Origin: Patescibacteria group bacterium
GTDB taxonomy: Bacteria; Patescibacteriota; WWE3; UBA101185; UBA10185
Length of the DNA stretch: 64,000 nt
Reading direction: 5' to 3'
NCBI GenBank assembly: GCA_049322215.1
Contig: JBMORU010000001.1
Span: forward strand, 580,023-644,022
Made by a program: the position numbers and the translations under genes. The notes beneath the pieces were generated by a model. The model saw only the letters and a program-made list of their open reading frames with translations, ran no database searches and was not told the origin of the DNA. How positions within the stretch are numbered: the stretch's first letter is position 1; each line of letters starts with the position of its first letter. This document shows positions 29,726 through 40,474 of this stretch, piece after piece.

Positions 29726-32700
29726 ATATTGAAGTTATCTTTCTCATTTTAATATTTGTTGGCTCGCTTTACGTAATACATCGTAATTTACGTGACTCTT
29801 TGCTTTTAGCAATGCTTCTTTCTTTACTTTTGCATAAAGAACTATTTAGTATTTATAGATGGGATGTGTTACCTGTGCGGGTATTTATGCTAGCTTTGAC
29901 TTTTTATGCCTTCCTTTTTATAGTGCACCGCTACAGGCACAAAATTAACTTCAAAGAAATTTCTAGCTATTTACGGGATCCGTTTATCTTTTTACTTGGA
30001 AGCATTTGGGTGGCTCGTGGAATTTCTTTATTAAATACGAAAAACTTGCAAGCAAGTATATTTTTGTATGGGTTTTTTACTACGGTTATTGTACTTGGCT
30101 TTGCAATTTATTATACCTTTAATTCCTCATCAGATATTTTGTCTTTTATAAAAAAATACATTTATCTACTGTTTTTTACATGTTTATTTGGTTTTATTCA
30201 GTTTTTTATTTATCTAAAATTTGATTATATAGTTGGTGCTCTTTGGAATGTTCCAGGGCATTTACCAAGAATCGGGTCAGTGTTTTGGGATATAAATCAT
30301 TATGGTGGTTTGTTAGCTAGTCTTTTGCCTGTAGTTGGCGTGTTGGTTTTAGTTGAGAAAAAAGTAAAGACTAAACTTTTGTACCTGCTCATTCTAATTC
30401 CCATGACGGGAATATTGCTCATGACTAGTTCACGCACTGCTTGGTTATTAGGTTTAACTGCTTTTTTGGTTTTTGTAGTAGTACTTTTAGTAAGAAAATT
30501 TAAGTTAAAAGGGATTTTATACTTAGCAGGGTTTTTAATTTTGATATCTATACCTGTTATACGCGAATATAATATAAAATCTAGCCCTTTTAGAGCGTAC
30601 GTACGCCAAAATTTTCACTATAGAATTGATTCCTTTGATTCTCACTTTTTATTAATTCAAGGAGCTTTTCAAGTTTTCGAAAAGTATCCCTATATTGGAG
30701 GCGGTTATGGTAGTTTTTTTGAACACTTCAGTAAAACAAAAATTGCCCCAACCTATTTTGCCCGGGATCCCGCTGGTTTAAACACACGTGTTCCGGCACA
30801 TACTATTTGGGGAGAAATATTCTCAGAAACTGGGATTTTGGGATCTTCTTTATTTATTCTTCTTATGCTGTTGGTAATATTAACTTTACTTTATGCTGCC
30901 TTGACCTTGCAAAACAAGCGTGACTATTTATTAAGCACTGCAATGCTTGGTTCTACTATTGGCTGGGGTGTGGCGGGTATATTTTATTCTTATAACTCTG
31001 AATTTTTCTGGCTTATATTCTTTTTATATTTTACTTTTGGAGTAAAAGTTCTTGGGGATTCTTATAACGTTACTAACATAGTAAATTATTTTTTCACCTC
31101 TAATAAAACTTATTTAGCTTTTGTTGCAAGTGTAAGTTTTTGCCTGATTTTCATAGGTTTAGGAAAAAACCATTTACTGCCTTGGGATGAAGCAATTTAC
31201 GCAGAAATTGCAAAGAATATGAATGTCACGGGGGATTATATAGTTCAGTACTGGAAGGAAACAATTCCATGGTTTGAAAAACCACCTCTTATGATGTGGC
31301 TAATGAGTTTTTCTACGAAACTATTTGGGATGTCGGAATTTGCTGTGCGCTTACCTTCTGCTTTACTAGGTTTTGGAACAGTTTTAGTTACATACTACTT
31401 TGGAAGAAAGCTATTTAACAAAACAGCAGGTCTATTAGCAGCTCTTGTTTTAGTTACAACTACGCAATTCCTCTATTATTCTCGTACTTCTATGCTTGAT
31501 GTAAGTCTCACCTTTTTTATAACTTTGTCCTTGTATATGTACTATTTAGCACGGTCAAAAAATACTAATAAACTGTTTGTGTTTTCGGGGGTGTTTGGGG
31601 GCTTGGCCTTTATGGTTAAGGGTGTAGTCGGTTTACTTGTGTTTCCGATAATTGGTTTGTACGAGCTTTACTTGCTTTTTTCCGGTGAACTGAAACTAAA
31701 AAGTAAAACTATTTTACAGTACATTAACTTATTCATTAGTTATTTAGTTATTGCACTGCCTTGGCATATTGCTTCTTATGCAATTTATGGGAGGGAATTT
31801 TACGATACTTATATTGGTTATCACGTTTTAACACGTGCTACTCAAGAAATAGAAGATAAGGGTCAACCATGGTACTGGTATTTGATAGTTATGAAAGTTA
31901 GTATGCGTATTTGGTTTGTTGCTTTACTTGGTGCATTTCCTTTTAGTTTAGTAAGTGCCTCTTTTGCTAAGCTCAAATACTTTTCTTCTAATGCCAGGCA
32001 ACACGCCTTTTTGGTTATTTGGGTATTAGTAGTTCTAATATTTTTTTCCAGTTCTAAATCTAAACTAGTTTGGTATGTAATGCCTTTATATCCGGCAGCG
32101 TCTTTAATGGTGGGTGCTTTCATGGAAAGGGTGCTAACCATAATAGACTCAAAGTTATTTTCTACCAGAAATGCTTTGTTTAGGTATTTAGCAGTTTATT
32201 TTATAGTCTTAGGAGGTTTGTTTTACTTATTCTTAAGCAAAAATCTTGTTTACACTTCTGATTTAACAGGTTCTCAAGCTGAATTACTTCAAGTTAAAGA
32301 TGCTACTTTTGGAACAGAGTCCATTGTGTATGCCGATAGAATAGAACTTCCTCTAATACTCTTTTACTCTGACAGTCCCTTTGAGGTAGTAGACTTTGGC
32401 CCTTTAAAAGATACTTTGTCTTCAGCTAAATATTCTCAAGAAATAATATTTATTACAAAAGAAAGCAGATTTTCTGACTTTGCAGATATTTATAATCGCT
32501 TAGAGTTAGAGGGTTCTCGTAATGAGTGGGTTTTAGGCAGACTTCCCTCAAAACATGAAATTGACTTAGAGACTCTCCATGAGCTAGAAGTAGAGTTAGA
32601 ACGTTTCGACAAAGATATTGCACAAAAAAGAGAAGACAATGAGTTTATACCTCCGCATGTAACTGGTGATAGAGAGCGTATTTTTAATGAAATAGAAACT

Positions 32701-32739
32701 TTAAAGCAAGAAATTGAGCTTAAATTAAATGCTTCTTAG
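29722..32739 (+). CDS. Fusion of an O-antigen ligase/polymerase-like (Wzy_C) domain and an ArnT/PMT-like GT-C domain
   Basis: N half: RIGSVFWDINHYG, TSSRTAW, GGGYG, AH...SETGILG. C half: WDEAIYA, EKPPL, FAVRLPSA, D..LTFF, KG, K...YVMPLYP. Confidence 0.8.
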   Translation: MNIEVIFLILIFVGSLYVIHRNLRDSLLLAMLLSLLLHKELFSIYRWDVLPVRVFMLALTFYAFLFIVHRYRHKINFKEISSYLRDPFIFLLGSIWVARGISLLNTKNLQASIFLYGFFTTVIVLGFAIYYTFNSSSDILSFIKKYIYLLFFTCLFGFIQFFIYLKFDYIVGALWNVPGHLPRIGSVFWDINHYGGLLASLLPVVGVLVLVEKKVKTKLLYLLILIPMTGILLMTSSRTAWLLGLTAFLVFVVVLLVRKFKLKGILYLAGFLILISIPVIREYNIKSSPFRAYVRQNFHYRIDSFDSHFLLIQGAFQVFEKYPYIGGGYGSFFEHFSKTKIAPTYFARDPAGLNTRVPAHTIWGEIFSETGILGSSLFILLMLLVILTLLYAALTLQNKRDYLLSTAMLGSTIGWGVAGIFYSYNSEFFWLIFFLYFTFGVKVLGDSYNVTNIVNYFFTSNKTYLAFVASVSFCLIFIGLGKNHLLPWDEAIYAEIAKNMNVTGDYIVQYWKETIPWFEKPPLMMWLMSFSTKLFGMSEFAVRLPSALLGFGTVLVTYYFGRKLFNKTAGLLAALVLVTTTQFLYYSRTSMLDVSLTFFITLSLYMYYLARSKNTNKLFVFSGVFGGLAFMVKGVVGLLVFPIIGLYELYLLFSGELKLKSKTILQYINLFISYLVIALPWHIASYAIYGREFYDTYIGYHVLTRATQEIEDKGQPWYWYLIVMKVSMRIWFVALLGAFPFSLVSASFAKLKYFSSNARQHAFLVIWVLVVLIFFSSSKSKLVWYVMPLYPAASLMVGAFMERVLTIIDSKLFSTRNALFRYLAVYFIVLGGLFYLFLSKNLVYTSDLTGSQAELLQVKDATFGTESIVYADRIELPLILFYSDSPFEVVDFGPLKDTLSSAKYSQEIIFITKESRFSDFADIYNRLELEGSRNEWVLGRLPSKHEIDLETLHELEVELERFDKDIAQKREDNEFIPPHVTGDRERIFNEIETLKQEIELKLNAS

Positions 32740-33934
32740 CTTGCTCTGTTTTAAAGTAAATATAAGAACCTGAAATCAGTAATGCACCTAAAGCAGCTAT
32801 TAACTGGGCTACAGCTAATCCTGGAAGTTCATACAATGGTATTAGCAAATAAGATCCTGCAATTAAAGCAAATAACTTAACTAATGTAATTATTAATAGC
32901 GGCATTGTATTTTTTTCAATAAAATAATAGCTTTCCATAAACGTGTGAATTGCTGTAATCGCAGACGCAATAATTAATATATCAAGAAGTTTTTTAGACT
33001 CTGCAAATTTACTTCCAAAAACTATTTCTACAAAAAATTCTGCACTAAACATTGCAAATATTGCTAAAATCAAAACACCCATTCCTAGTAGTAATGTTTC
33101 TCTCCAGTTATATTCATTGTTACTACGCTTCTGTTTCGCTTGTTTTGGTAGCAGGACGGTAAAAATCCCCAATGCAACTAATGTGAAAATGTTTGCAATT
33201 TTATCTGCTAATGAATATATGCCTACATCTGTGAAAGTTTTAAAAAGTTTTGCTAAGCCGTTGCCTATTGCAGACCATCCAAACCCTATTCCCTGGGCAG
33301 CGCCACCAGATATAGATTTGCTTAATAAAGATAAAGTTTCAGTTGTTACAAATCTTGGTTGTTTAAGTTCTTTTGGCACCAGCACATACATAACTGTGCA
33401 ACTTAACATTGATAATGCAAAAATTGCGAAAGCACTTGTTAATGTAAGGTTAAATATACCCACGAAAACAAGCACAGCAAATAATCCTTTAATTGCAGCC
33501 GGTATAGTGTTTATTAAAACCAAATGTATAAACATTTCTACCCGTTGAAAATACGCAAAAAGTAAAAGATTTATTCCATAGGCTAATAACCCTACAATAA
33601 AAAGCCAAGTTATATTTTGATCTAGTAGGTTAAAAACTTTTAACAGCACTAATGTTATTGGTACCGCTACAATAAATTGCATGATTTTTAAGGAAAACAG
33701 TGTATCTTTTAGTTTTCTTGTATCTGCAATAGATTCTGCTACAAAAATGGAATTGGTTCCCAAATCCATTAGTTTCGACAAAAAAACCAACAAACTTGTC
33801 ATTAATGCGTATTTGCCAAAATCTTCAACAGCCAAGTTTTTAGCTACAGCAGTTAAAAAGGTAAAACCTAAAACTGCATTAAATACATTACCTCCGCTTA
33901 CTATAGAAATTTTTAAAATTGATTTTCTCAGCAC
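32720..33934 (-). CDS. Oligosaccharide flippase (Wzx/MOP family)
   Basis: About 12 TM; EDFGKY...DLG and VGIYSLA motifs. Confidence 0.85.
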   Translation of the reverse strand: MLRKSILKISIVSGGNVFNAVLGFTFLTAVAKNLAVEDFGKYALMTSLLVFLSKLMDLGTNSIFVAESIADTRKLKDTLFSLKIMQFIVAVPITLVLLKVFNLLDQNITWLFIVGLLAYGINLLLFAYFQRVEMFIHLVLINTIPAAIKGLFAVLVFVGIFNLTLTSAFAIFALSMLSCTVMYVLVPKELKQPRFVTTETLSLLSKSISGGAAQGIGFGWSAIGNGLAKLFKTFTDVGIYSLADKIANIFTLVALGIFTVLLPKQAKQKRSNNEYNWRETLLLGMGVLILAIFAMFSAEFFVEIVFGSKFAESKKLLDILIIASAITAIHTFMESYYFIEKNTMPLLIITLVKLFALIAGSYLLIPLYELPGLAVAQLIAALGALLISGSYIYFKTEQAKKHLI

Positions 33935-33993
33935 GTTTAAATAATAACACTTACCCTTTTAGGGTAAATCTCTATTTGTAGTAAAATTACATT

Positions 33994-35139
33994 ATGAAAA
34001 TAGGTATAGATTGCAGAATGTGGAATGAAACGGGGGTGGGGCGTTATATTCAAAATATTGTTGGGATAATTGAAAAGCAAGATAAAAAAAACCAGTATGT
34101 ACTTTTTGTGTTGAAAGATAATATGGGTATGAATTTGCCCAGCAATTTTGAGTTGGTAGAAGCAAATATACGCTGGCACTCTGTAGCAGAGCAATTTGTT
34201 TTGCCCTTTATTATGCTAAGGCAAAATTTAGACTTGCTACATTCACCACATTTTAATGTGCCCATTTTGTATTATAAAAAGTTCGTCGTGACTATACACG
34301 ACCTTACTATACTTCGTGTTAAAACCGGCAGGGCTACTACTTTGCCTTTCCCCATTTACTTTTTAAAACGGTTAGCTTTTAAACTTGTTTTGCTTAATTC
34401 TGTATATAGATCAAAAAAAGTTTTTACAGTTTCTAAGTTTGTGCTTAAAGATATATGTAAAACTTTTAAAGTACCCGAAAGTAAAATTGTACTTACACCA
34501 AATGCTGTTACCGGTAAGTTTTTCAAAGTAAGTGCCCCTGAAGTAAAACCTGTGCTAAACAAATACAATATAGATTGCCCATATATTTTTTACATAGGTA
34601 ATGCACACCCACACAAAAACTTAGAGCGGTTACTTAATGCTTTTGAAAAAGTAAACAAAAAGTTTCCTGATGTAAAATTAGTTTTGGGCGGGTCGAAACA
34701 GTTTTTTTACGAACGTTTAGAAAAAGAATGGCAGAATAAACCTGTATATGAAAATATCAAGTTTATTGGTTTCGTAGATGATGCTGATTTGCCTGCAATA
34801 TATTCTGGCGCAGATTTATTTGTGAATCCATCTTTGTACGAAGGTTTTGGAATTCAATTGCTTGAGGCTTTTGCCTGTGGTACTAGAGTAGTTTGTTCTA
34901 ATACTACATCATTACCAGAAATAGGAGGTGCCGCTGCGCAATATTTTAATCCACGTAACGTTGATAGTATGGCATCTACAATAATTTCTGCCTTAACCTT
35001 TAAAGATACCTCGAAGATTGAATTAGGTTTTGAGATAGTAAAAAAGTATTCCTGGAAGGAGTCTGCTCAAAAAACTCTAGACATTTATTCCATGTTTGAA
35101 CCTGTACTAGTGGATTCTCCTGAGGGTTGGCATTTATAA
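33994..35139 (+). CDS. GT4-family glycosyltransferase (mannosyltransferase-like)
   Basis: MKIGID, GVGRY, VTIHDL, PHKN, PSLYEGFG..LLEA. Confidence 0.92.
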   Translation: MKIGIDCRMWNETGVGRYIQNIVGIIEKQDKKNQYVLFVLKDNMGMNLPSNFELVEANIRWHSVAEQFVLPFIMLRQNLDLLHSPHFNVPILYYKKFVVTIHDLTILRVKTGRATTLPFPIYFLKRLAFKLVLLNSVYRSKKVFTVSKFVLKDICKTFKVPESKIVLTPNAVTGKFFKVSAPEVKPVLNKYNIDCPYIFYIGNAHPHKNLERLLNAFEKVNKKFPDVKLVLGGSKQFFYERLEKEWQNKPVYENIKFIGFVDDADLPAIYSGADLFVNPSLYEGFGIQLLEAFACGTRVVCSNTTSLPEIGGAAAQYFNPRNVDSMASTIISALTFKDTSKIELGFEIVKKYSWKESAQKTLDIYSMFEPVLVDSPEGWHL

Positions 35140-35151
35140 TAGCTTCACCTT

Positions 35152-36270
35152 ATGCGTTTAGCTTTAGTTCACGATGATTTAATACAGTTTGGAGGTGCCG
35201 AGAGCTTGCTGTTGGCCATGCATGAAATTTGGCCGCAGGCACCTGTGTTCACCTCAGTAGCCTCAGAGAAGTGGCAACAAGTATGTAAAGATAAAAGAAT
35301 AAATCTCAATACATCTTTTATGCAGAAACTGCCCAAAATAGAAAGATTAAATAGATATTATGCCCCTTTACATTTACATCCAATTGCTTTTGAGAGTTTC
35401 GACTTTTCTCAGTTTGATGTTGTACTTTCTGTATCTGCCAGATTTTCACATGGTGTAATTACTAAGCCGTCTACAAAACATATATGTTATATGAATTCTC
35501 CGGGACGTATGTTTTGGGAATCTAAGGACTATTTTGATTATGAAAACTTTTTAGGAGCTAAAAAGCTGAAGAATCTTGCGTTAAGTTTGTTAAAGCTTCC
35601 TTTAGCGAGTTTACGCATGTGGGACTACACTGCAGCACAGCGTGTTGACTATTTTATTGCTAACTCAAAAACGCCTCAAGCTCGTATTTATAAATACTAT
35701 AAAAGAAACTCTGAAATTATTTATCCCTTTGTTGATAACAAGAAATTTTTAAATGTAAAGTCAAAAAAGGGAAGATATTATGTTGTCATTTCAAGACTAA
35801 ATGCCTGGAAGCGTGTTGATTTAGCTGTGCAGGCCTGCAGTAATTTAAAGCTGCCTTTGGTAGTGATTGGGGATGGCCCAGAGCTAGAAAAATTAAAAAG
35901 TATTGCTGGCAGCACTGTTAAGTTTACTGGTTACGTTTCTGAAGAAGAAAAAATAAAGCTGCTTTCTGAATGTATAGCTTTAATTAATACGCAATACGAA
36001 GATTTTGGCATAGTTCCTTTAGAAGCTATGGCAGCTGGGAAACCCGTTATTGCATATAAGAGAGGTGGTGCTTTAGAAACTGTGATTCCAAATGTTACAG
36101 GAACTTTTTTTGAATCACAAAGCATTGAAGAATTAATTAACGTTTTAAAAGCCTTTGAACCCAATGTTTATTCAGAGTTTGATTGTAAAGATAGAGCCCG
36201 TGAATTTGATAAAAGTGTTTTTACTCGCAGACTTAAAGATTTTGTTTATTATGTAAGTAATTTGGCATAA
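35152..36270 (+). CDS. GT4-family glycosyltransferase (WbaZ-like)
   Basis: ALVHD...GGAE, EDFGIVPLEAMAAGKPVIA. Confidence 0.92.
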   Translation: MRLALVHDDLIQFGGAESLLLAMHEIWPQAPVFTSVASEKWQQVCKDKRINLNTSFMQKLPKIERLNRYYAPLHLHPIAFESFDFSQFDVVLSVSARFSHGVITKPSTKHICYMNSPGRMFWESKDYFDYENFLGAKKLKNLALSLLKLPLASLRMWDYTAAQRVDYFIANSKTPQARIYKYYKRNSEIIYPFVDNKKFLNVKSKKGRYYVVISRLNAWKRVDLAVQACSNLKLPLVVIGDGPELEKLKSIAGSTVKFTGYVSEEEKIKLLSECIALINTQYEDFGIVPLEAMAAGKPVIAYKRGGALETVIPNVTGTFFESQSIEELINVLKAFEPNVYSEFDCKDRAREFDKSVFTRRLKDFVYYVSNLA

Positions 36271-36310
36271 AATTATGATATTATGCTAGGGCAACTTAGC
36301 AAATTATATT

Positions 36311-36946
36311 ATGTACGACATAGGTAAAAGAATAATTGATGTTATTGGTTCTACATGTGCGCTACTTCTGTTTTCTCCAATAATGATAATTACTTCTACT
36401 CTTATAAAAATATATTCTCCCGATGGTCCAATATTTGCGGACATTCCTATGCGTGTAAGTAAAGGTGGGGGGGAGTTTAGAATGTATAAGTTTCGCTCCA
36501 TGATTCCAAATGCGCATGAATGGTTGCTAAATAATCCGGAATGGTATAAAAAATATCAGGAAAATAATTATAAACTTGAAGAAAATGAAGATCCGCGTTT
36601 AATTAAAGGAGGTAGGTTCATAAGAAAGTTTAGTATCGACGAATTACCTCAATTCATCAATGTGTTAAAAGGTGACATGAGTATTGTTGGCCCACGGGCG
36701 TATTACCCGTTTGAACTTAAAGAGCAAGCAGAAGCGTTTCCGGAAACTAAGGCATACATTGGACTTCTTAAGGAAGTAAAGCCCGGAATTACTGGTCCCT
36801 GGCAAGTAGGTGGCAGATCTAAAATAGGATTTGTTGATAGAGTCAAAATGGATGCAGAATATGCCAAAAGGAAATCTTTAGTGTATGATTTACTAATAAT
36901 TTTGAAGACGCCGGTAGCTGTCTTCACGAGTAAAGGAGCTTATTAA
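36311..36946 (+). CDS. Priming polyprenyl-phosphate sugar phosphotransferase
   Basis: KRIID, KFRSM, DELPQFINVLKGDMSIVGPR, KPGITG.WQV. Confidence 0.92.
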   Translation: MYDIGKRIIDVIGSTCALLLFSPIMIITSTLIKIYSPDGPIFADIPMRVSKGGGEFRMYKFRSMIPNAHEWLLNNPEWYKKYQENNYKLEENEDPRLIKGGRFIRKFSIDELPQFINVLKGDMSIVGPRAYYPFELKEQAEAFPETKAYIGLLKEVKPGITGPWQVGGRSKIGFVDRVKMDAEYAKRKSLVYDLLIILKTPVAVFTSKGAY

Positions 36947-36947
36947 T

Positions 36948-38942
36948 ATGCCAGAATCACAATTTTGGAAACCATCAAATAATATGAATACAGCAGCAAT
37001 CAAACCTAAAAAAAATGGAAAAGCGCTAAAAAACTTAGGTTTAAGCGGCATAGTTGTATTGATAATTATCGGGTTGTTTGGTTTAGCAAGCTTTATTTTT
37101 GTAATAAAGCCAGGTTTAGCTTTATCTAAGCAAGCAGAGCTTTTGAAAGCAGACACTGCTAACATACAGGAAGCTCTATTAAGCCGTGATTTAGTTGCAT
37201 TTAACGATGCACTAAATAATACTGAAGCCCATTTAAATGATCTTAGAAAAGAGCGTGACAATAATTTTGGTTGGGCAAAAAATTTTGGACCTACTGCCCC
37301 ATATTACTCAGATTCTGAGCATTTTATTAATGCAGGTTTGCATGCGGTTGCTGCAGGCAAAGAGTTTGCTGTAGTAATTGAACCTTTTGCAGATGCAGTA
37401 GGTTTAAAAGTGGCTCCTAAAAATTCTGAGGTGACTGAATCTACTGACTCTGTAGAATTAACCGATGCAGAGCAAGCAAGTTTAAATGAAGAACCTGAAG
37501 AATTAAGTTTAGCTGAAGCATTTTCAACATGGATAGGTGTTATGCCTGCTGTAGCAGACGATTTAGATGGTGTAATTGCAGAATTAACTCTTGTTGGTGA
37601 CGAGTTAGAACAAGTTGATCCAAACAGATACCCTGAACAGGTAAGAGGTATTTACGTAAGAGATACAATTGAACAAGCGCAAGCAGCTTTATCTCAATTA
37701 AACGAGTATGCTCCTGACCTTAAAAGGGCTCTAACTATTGTACCTGGCATTTTAGGTGTTGATACCGGTGAAAAGCGTTACATGATTATAATGCAAAATG
37801 ATAAGGAATTACGTGCAACTGGTGGTTTTTGGACTTTCATTTCAACATTTAAGATTAATAACGCCTTACTAAGTTCTGACTTTACTTCGTATAATTCTTA
37901 TTATGTTGACGATGTGTTAAACACTATTGATGCTATTCACACTTTTCCAACAGTACCTGATGCGTATGCACGACACTTAAAAGTAGAAAGAATGTTTGCT
38001 CGTGATGCAAACGTGTCACCTGATCTCCCAACTTCTGTAGATCAATTCATGGAATTTTGGGAGTTAGCACAACCTTTAGCTCCTTCTCAAATAAAATCTG
38101 TTGATGGTGTTTTTACAATTGATACAAAAGTTTTAGAAGAGCTTCTTGAGGTTACTGGGCCAGTTACAGTTAATGGAGTAACCTATACTCACGAAAATGT
38201 AGTGTTAGAACTTGAGCGTTTAGCAAGTTTAACTTTGCGGGAGCAAGTAAACAGAAAACAAATTTTAGGCGATATGATGGAAGCGATGTTAGTAAACGTG
38301 TTTGAGTCTAACAGCAATTTATGGCCAAAAATAATTGAAAAAGGCGTTGACTTAGCTGTTAGAAAACACATTAGTGGTTATTTATTTGATCCTGAAGCCC
38401 AAGCATTGTTAGAGCGTTATGGCTTCGCTAACGTTATTGTAAATAACGTATCCGGTGATTACGCATATGTTGTTCAAACAAATCTTGGTGGTGATAAAAC
38501 CAACTGGTTTGTTAATAAGGAAATTACCCATACTTTAGAGCAAGAAAACGGTCGTTGGGTAAGAACAGTTAAGGTTTCTTATAATTACCCACAACCTTCT
38601 GCTGAATATGGTCCTTTTATTAAGAGATTTAGAGATTGGGTAAGAGTTTATGTTCCATTGGGCTCTGAGCTTATAGAAATAAATGGTTCTCAAGATGTAA
38701 CCGGTGAAGGCGAAGAAAAAGATCGTACTTACTTTCATGGTTATGTAGAGGCAGGCCCCGGGGAAGCTGCAGAAATCACATTTAAGTATTACTTACCTGA
38801 GAACACAATTGAAGGTAATACCTATAACCTGTACATTCAAAAGCAATCAGGTATAGACATTGAAACTCACAATGTAATTGTTAATGGCAAATCAGAATCT
38901 GTTGAGTTTAAACTTGATAAACAGTACTCAACTGCGCTGTAG
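36948..38942 (+). CDS. DUF4012-like membrane-anchored protein
   Basis: N-terminal TM, helical region, QND.ELRATGGF, RDAN.SPD.P, QKQSG motifs. Confidence 0.8.
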   Translation: MPESQFWKPSNNMNTAAIKPKKNGKALKNLGLSGIVVLIIIGLFGLASFIFVIKPGLALSKQAELLKADTANIQEALLSRDLVAFNDALNNTEAHLNDLRKERDNNFGWAKNFGPTAPYYSDSEHFINAGLHAVAAGKEFAVVIEPFADAVGLKVAPKNSEVTESTDSVELTDAEQASLNEEPEELSLAEAFSTWIGVMPAVADDLDGVIAELTLVGDELEQVDPNRYPEQVRGIYVRDTIEQAQAALSQLNEYAPDLKRALTIVPGILGVDTGEKRYMIIMQNDKELRATGGFWTFISTFKINNALLSSDFTSYNSYYVDDVLNTIDAIHTFPTVPDAYARHLKVERMFARDANVSPDLPTSVDQFMEFWELAQPLAPSQIKSVDGVFTIDTKVLEELLEVTGPVTVNGVTYTHENVVLELERLASLTLREQVNRKQILGDMMEAMLVNVFESNSNLWPKIIEKGVDLAVRKHISGYLFDPEAQALLERYGFANVIVNNVSGDYAYVVQTNLGGDKTNWFVNKEITHTLEQENGRWVRTVKVSYNYPQPSAEYGPFIKRFRDWVRVYVPLGSELIEINGSQDVTGEGEEKDRTYFHGYVEAGPGEAAEITFKYYLPENTIEGNTYNLYIQKQSGIDIETHNVIVNGKSESVEFKLDKQYSTAL

Positions 38943-38964
38943 GTTTTTGATTGATTTAGTAATG

Positions 38965-38989
38965 GGGCATGCGTACGCATGCCCTTTTT
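38965..38989 (+). terminator. Perfect 20-bp palindrome; terminator or REP-like element
   Basis: GGGCATGCGTACGCATGCCC followed by T5. Confidence 0.6.
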
Positions 38990-39052
38990 CGTACGCCATG
39001 TATTCTCAGATCCAAGCTGGTAGCTTTAAGTAAAGACTTGTAAAATAAGCTT

Positions 39053-39823
39053 ATGCGTAAATACAATATTGAAGGTATTGTCTTAAAAAGCATCAACTAC
39101 CGTGATTCCGATAAACTTTATACTTTATTCACTCCAAGCAGGGGTAAAATTACTGTGCAGGGTAGGGGAGTTAGAAAAATATCCTCAAGACGTGGTGGTA
39201 ATTTAGATACTTTAAATTATATAAACACGGGTATATCTGAATCTATTAATGGGTATAAAACTGTAACCGAGGTTAAATCTCTAAACTCTTTTATAAGCTT
39301 AAAGTCTTCTTTATCTATATCTACTAGGGCATATTACTTATTAGAGCTAGTGCATAGGTTTATTGAAGAAGAAGATATAACAATTGCAAGACCTGTTTTT
39401 ACATCATTGTTAAAAACAGTTACTAAACTAAATGAATCTAAATCCGAACTAAGCACTTTAATAATTGTGAATGCCTTTGAATTAAACTTCATGAATCTAC
39501 TTGGGTATGGTCTTAGTTTGGAGAAGTGCACAAAATGCGGAAAGCCTTTTTCTTTAGATTGGGAACTTTATAAAGTGGGTATTTATGATGGGGGATTCAT
39601 TTGTGATACATGTTCTGCATTGGGTGTTTCGGTAACACGTGGAACTGCTCAGGTTTTAAATTACATTACGCGATACAACAATAAAACCCTTAAAGATGGA
39701 AAAAAATTTAGTATATTTTCTAGAGAAGATATATACGCGGCAGATGAATTAATCAAGTATTATATTTCAGAAACTTTAGAAGGGAGTTTTAAAACTATTA
39801 GAGTTTTTAAGAATTTAATTTAG
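39053..39823 (+). CDS. recO: DNA repair protein RecO
   Basis: EGIVLKS..Y.DSDK...FT...GKI...RGVRK; CTKC...CDTC zinc finger. Confidence 0.92.
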   Translation: MRKYNIEGIVLKSINYRDSDKLYTLFTPSRGKITVQGRGVRKISSRRGGNLDTLNYINTGISESINGYKTVTEVKSLNSFISLKSSLSISTRAYYLLELVHRFIEEEDITIARPVFTSLLKTVTKLNESKSELSTLIIVNAFELNFMNLLGYGLSLEKCTKCGKPFSLDWELYKVGIYDGGFICDTCSALGVSVTRGTAQVLNYITRYNNKTLKDGKKFSIFSREDIYAADELIKYYISETLEGSFKTIRVFKNLI

Positions 39824-39861
39824 GGTACTCAATTTGTTTTAAACAGCAAAATTGAATACCC
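39823..39861. terminator. Long hairpin between convergent genes
   Basis: gggta.tcaattt / aaattga.taccc. Confidence 0.6.
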
Positions 39862-39874
39862 CTTGTGTTTGATG

Positions 39875-40411
39875 TTAATCCTCAGACATTAAAGCAATTT
39901 CGGCACCCGTGAAAGTTCTTGTGTAGAGTCTTCCTCTTTGGTCTTTTGCAAAAACAGTGATTGAATCTTCTTGGGAAATTGATTCTATAGATAGGTGTAT
40001 TACCCCGTTGTCGTGAACGTGATTTGTTCCTACCATTGCTGTGATAATGCTACCTGCAAATTCTGTTGTGAGCGTACTATCTGTAATGTTGGCATTTTCA
40101 ACCCAGTACTCGGTGATTCCTGACTGGCTATACAACAGAATATCTATCCAGCCGGTGCTTTCCAGTTGAATGTCTTCGTCCATATCTCCTGTTGCTATTG
40201 ACATGTTGTTGGTAAACACATCTATCATCATTTGTGGTTCAAAAATCCAAGTATGTCCGCCGTCCGCTTGTTTCATTTGCAGCCAAAACATATTACCCGT
40301 ATCTACAGACGCATGCGGCCCCATTTGGTTGAGGACTGTGTTAAGCATAAATAATGCCAAAGCTAGCAGTGCCGCTAGTCCCGTTATAGTTCTAACGTCT
40401 TTTTTATTCAT
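39875..40411 (-). CDS. Secreted/anchored hypothetical protein (stand-alone module)
   Basis: AAAGGAGAG SD, signal anchor. Confidence 0.7.
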   Translation of the reverse strand: MNKKDVRTITGLAALLALALFMLNTVLNQMGPHASVDTGNMFWLQMKQADGGHTWIFEPQMMIDVFTNNMSIATGDMDEDIQLESTGWIDILLYSQSGITEYWVENANITDSTLTTEFAGSIITAMVGTNHVHDNGVIHLSIESISQEDSITVFAKDQRGRLYTRTFTGAEIALMSED

Positions 40412-40474
40412 AAGACTCTCCTTTGTTATTTGTTTTCAGGTATTTTAACACACATTATAACGCATATTATAGGT

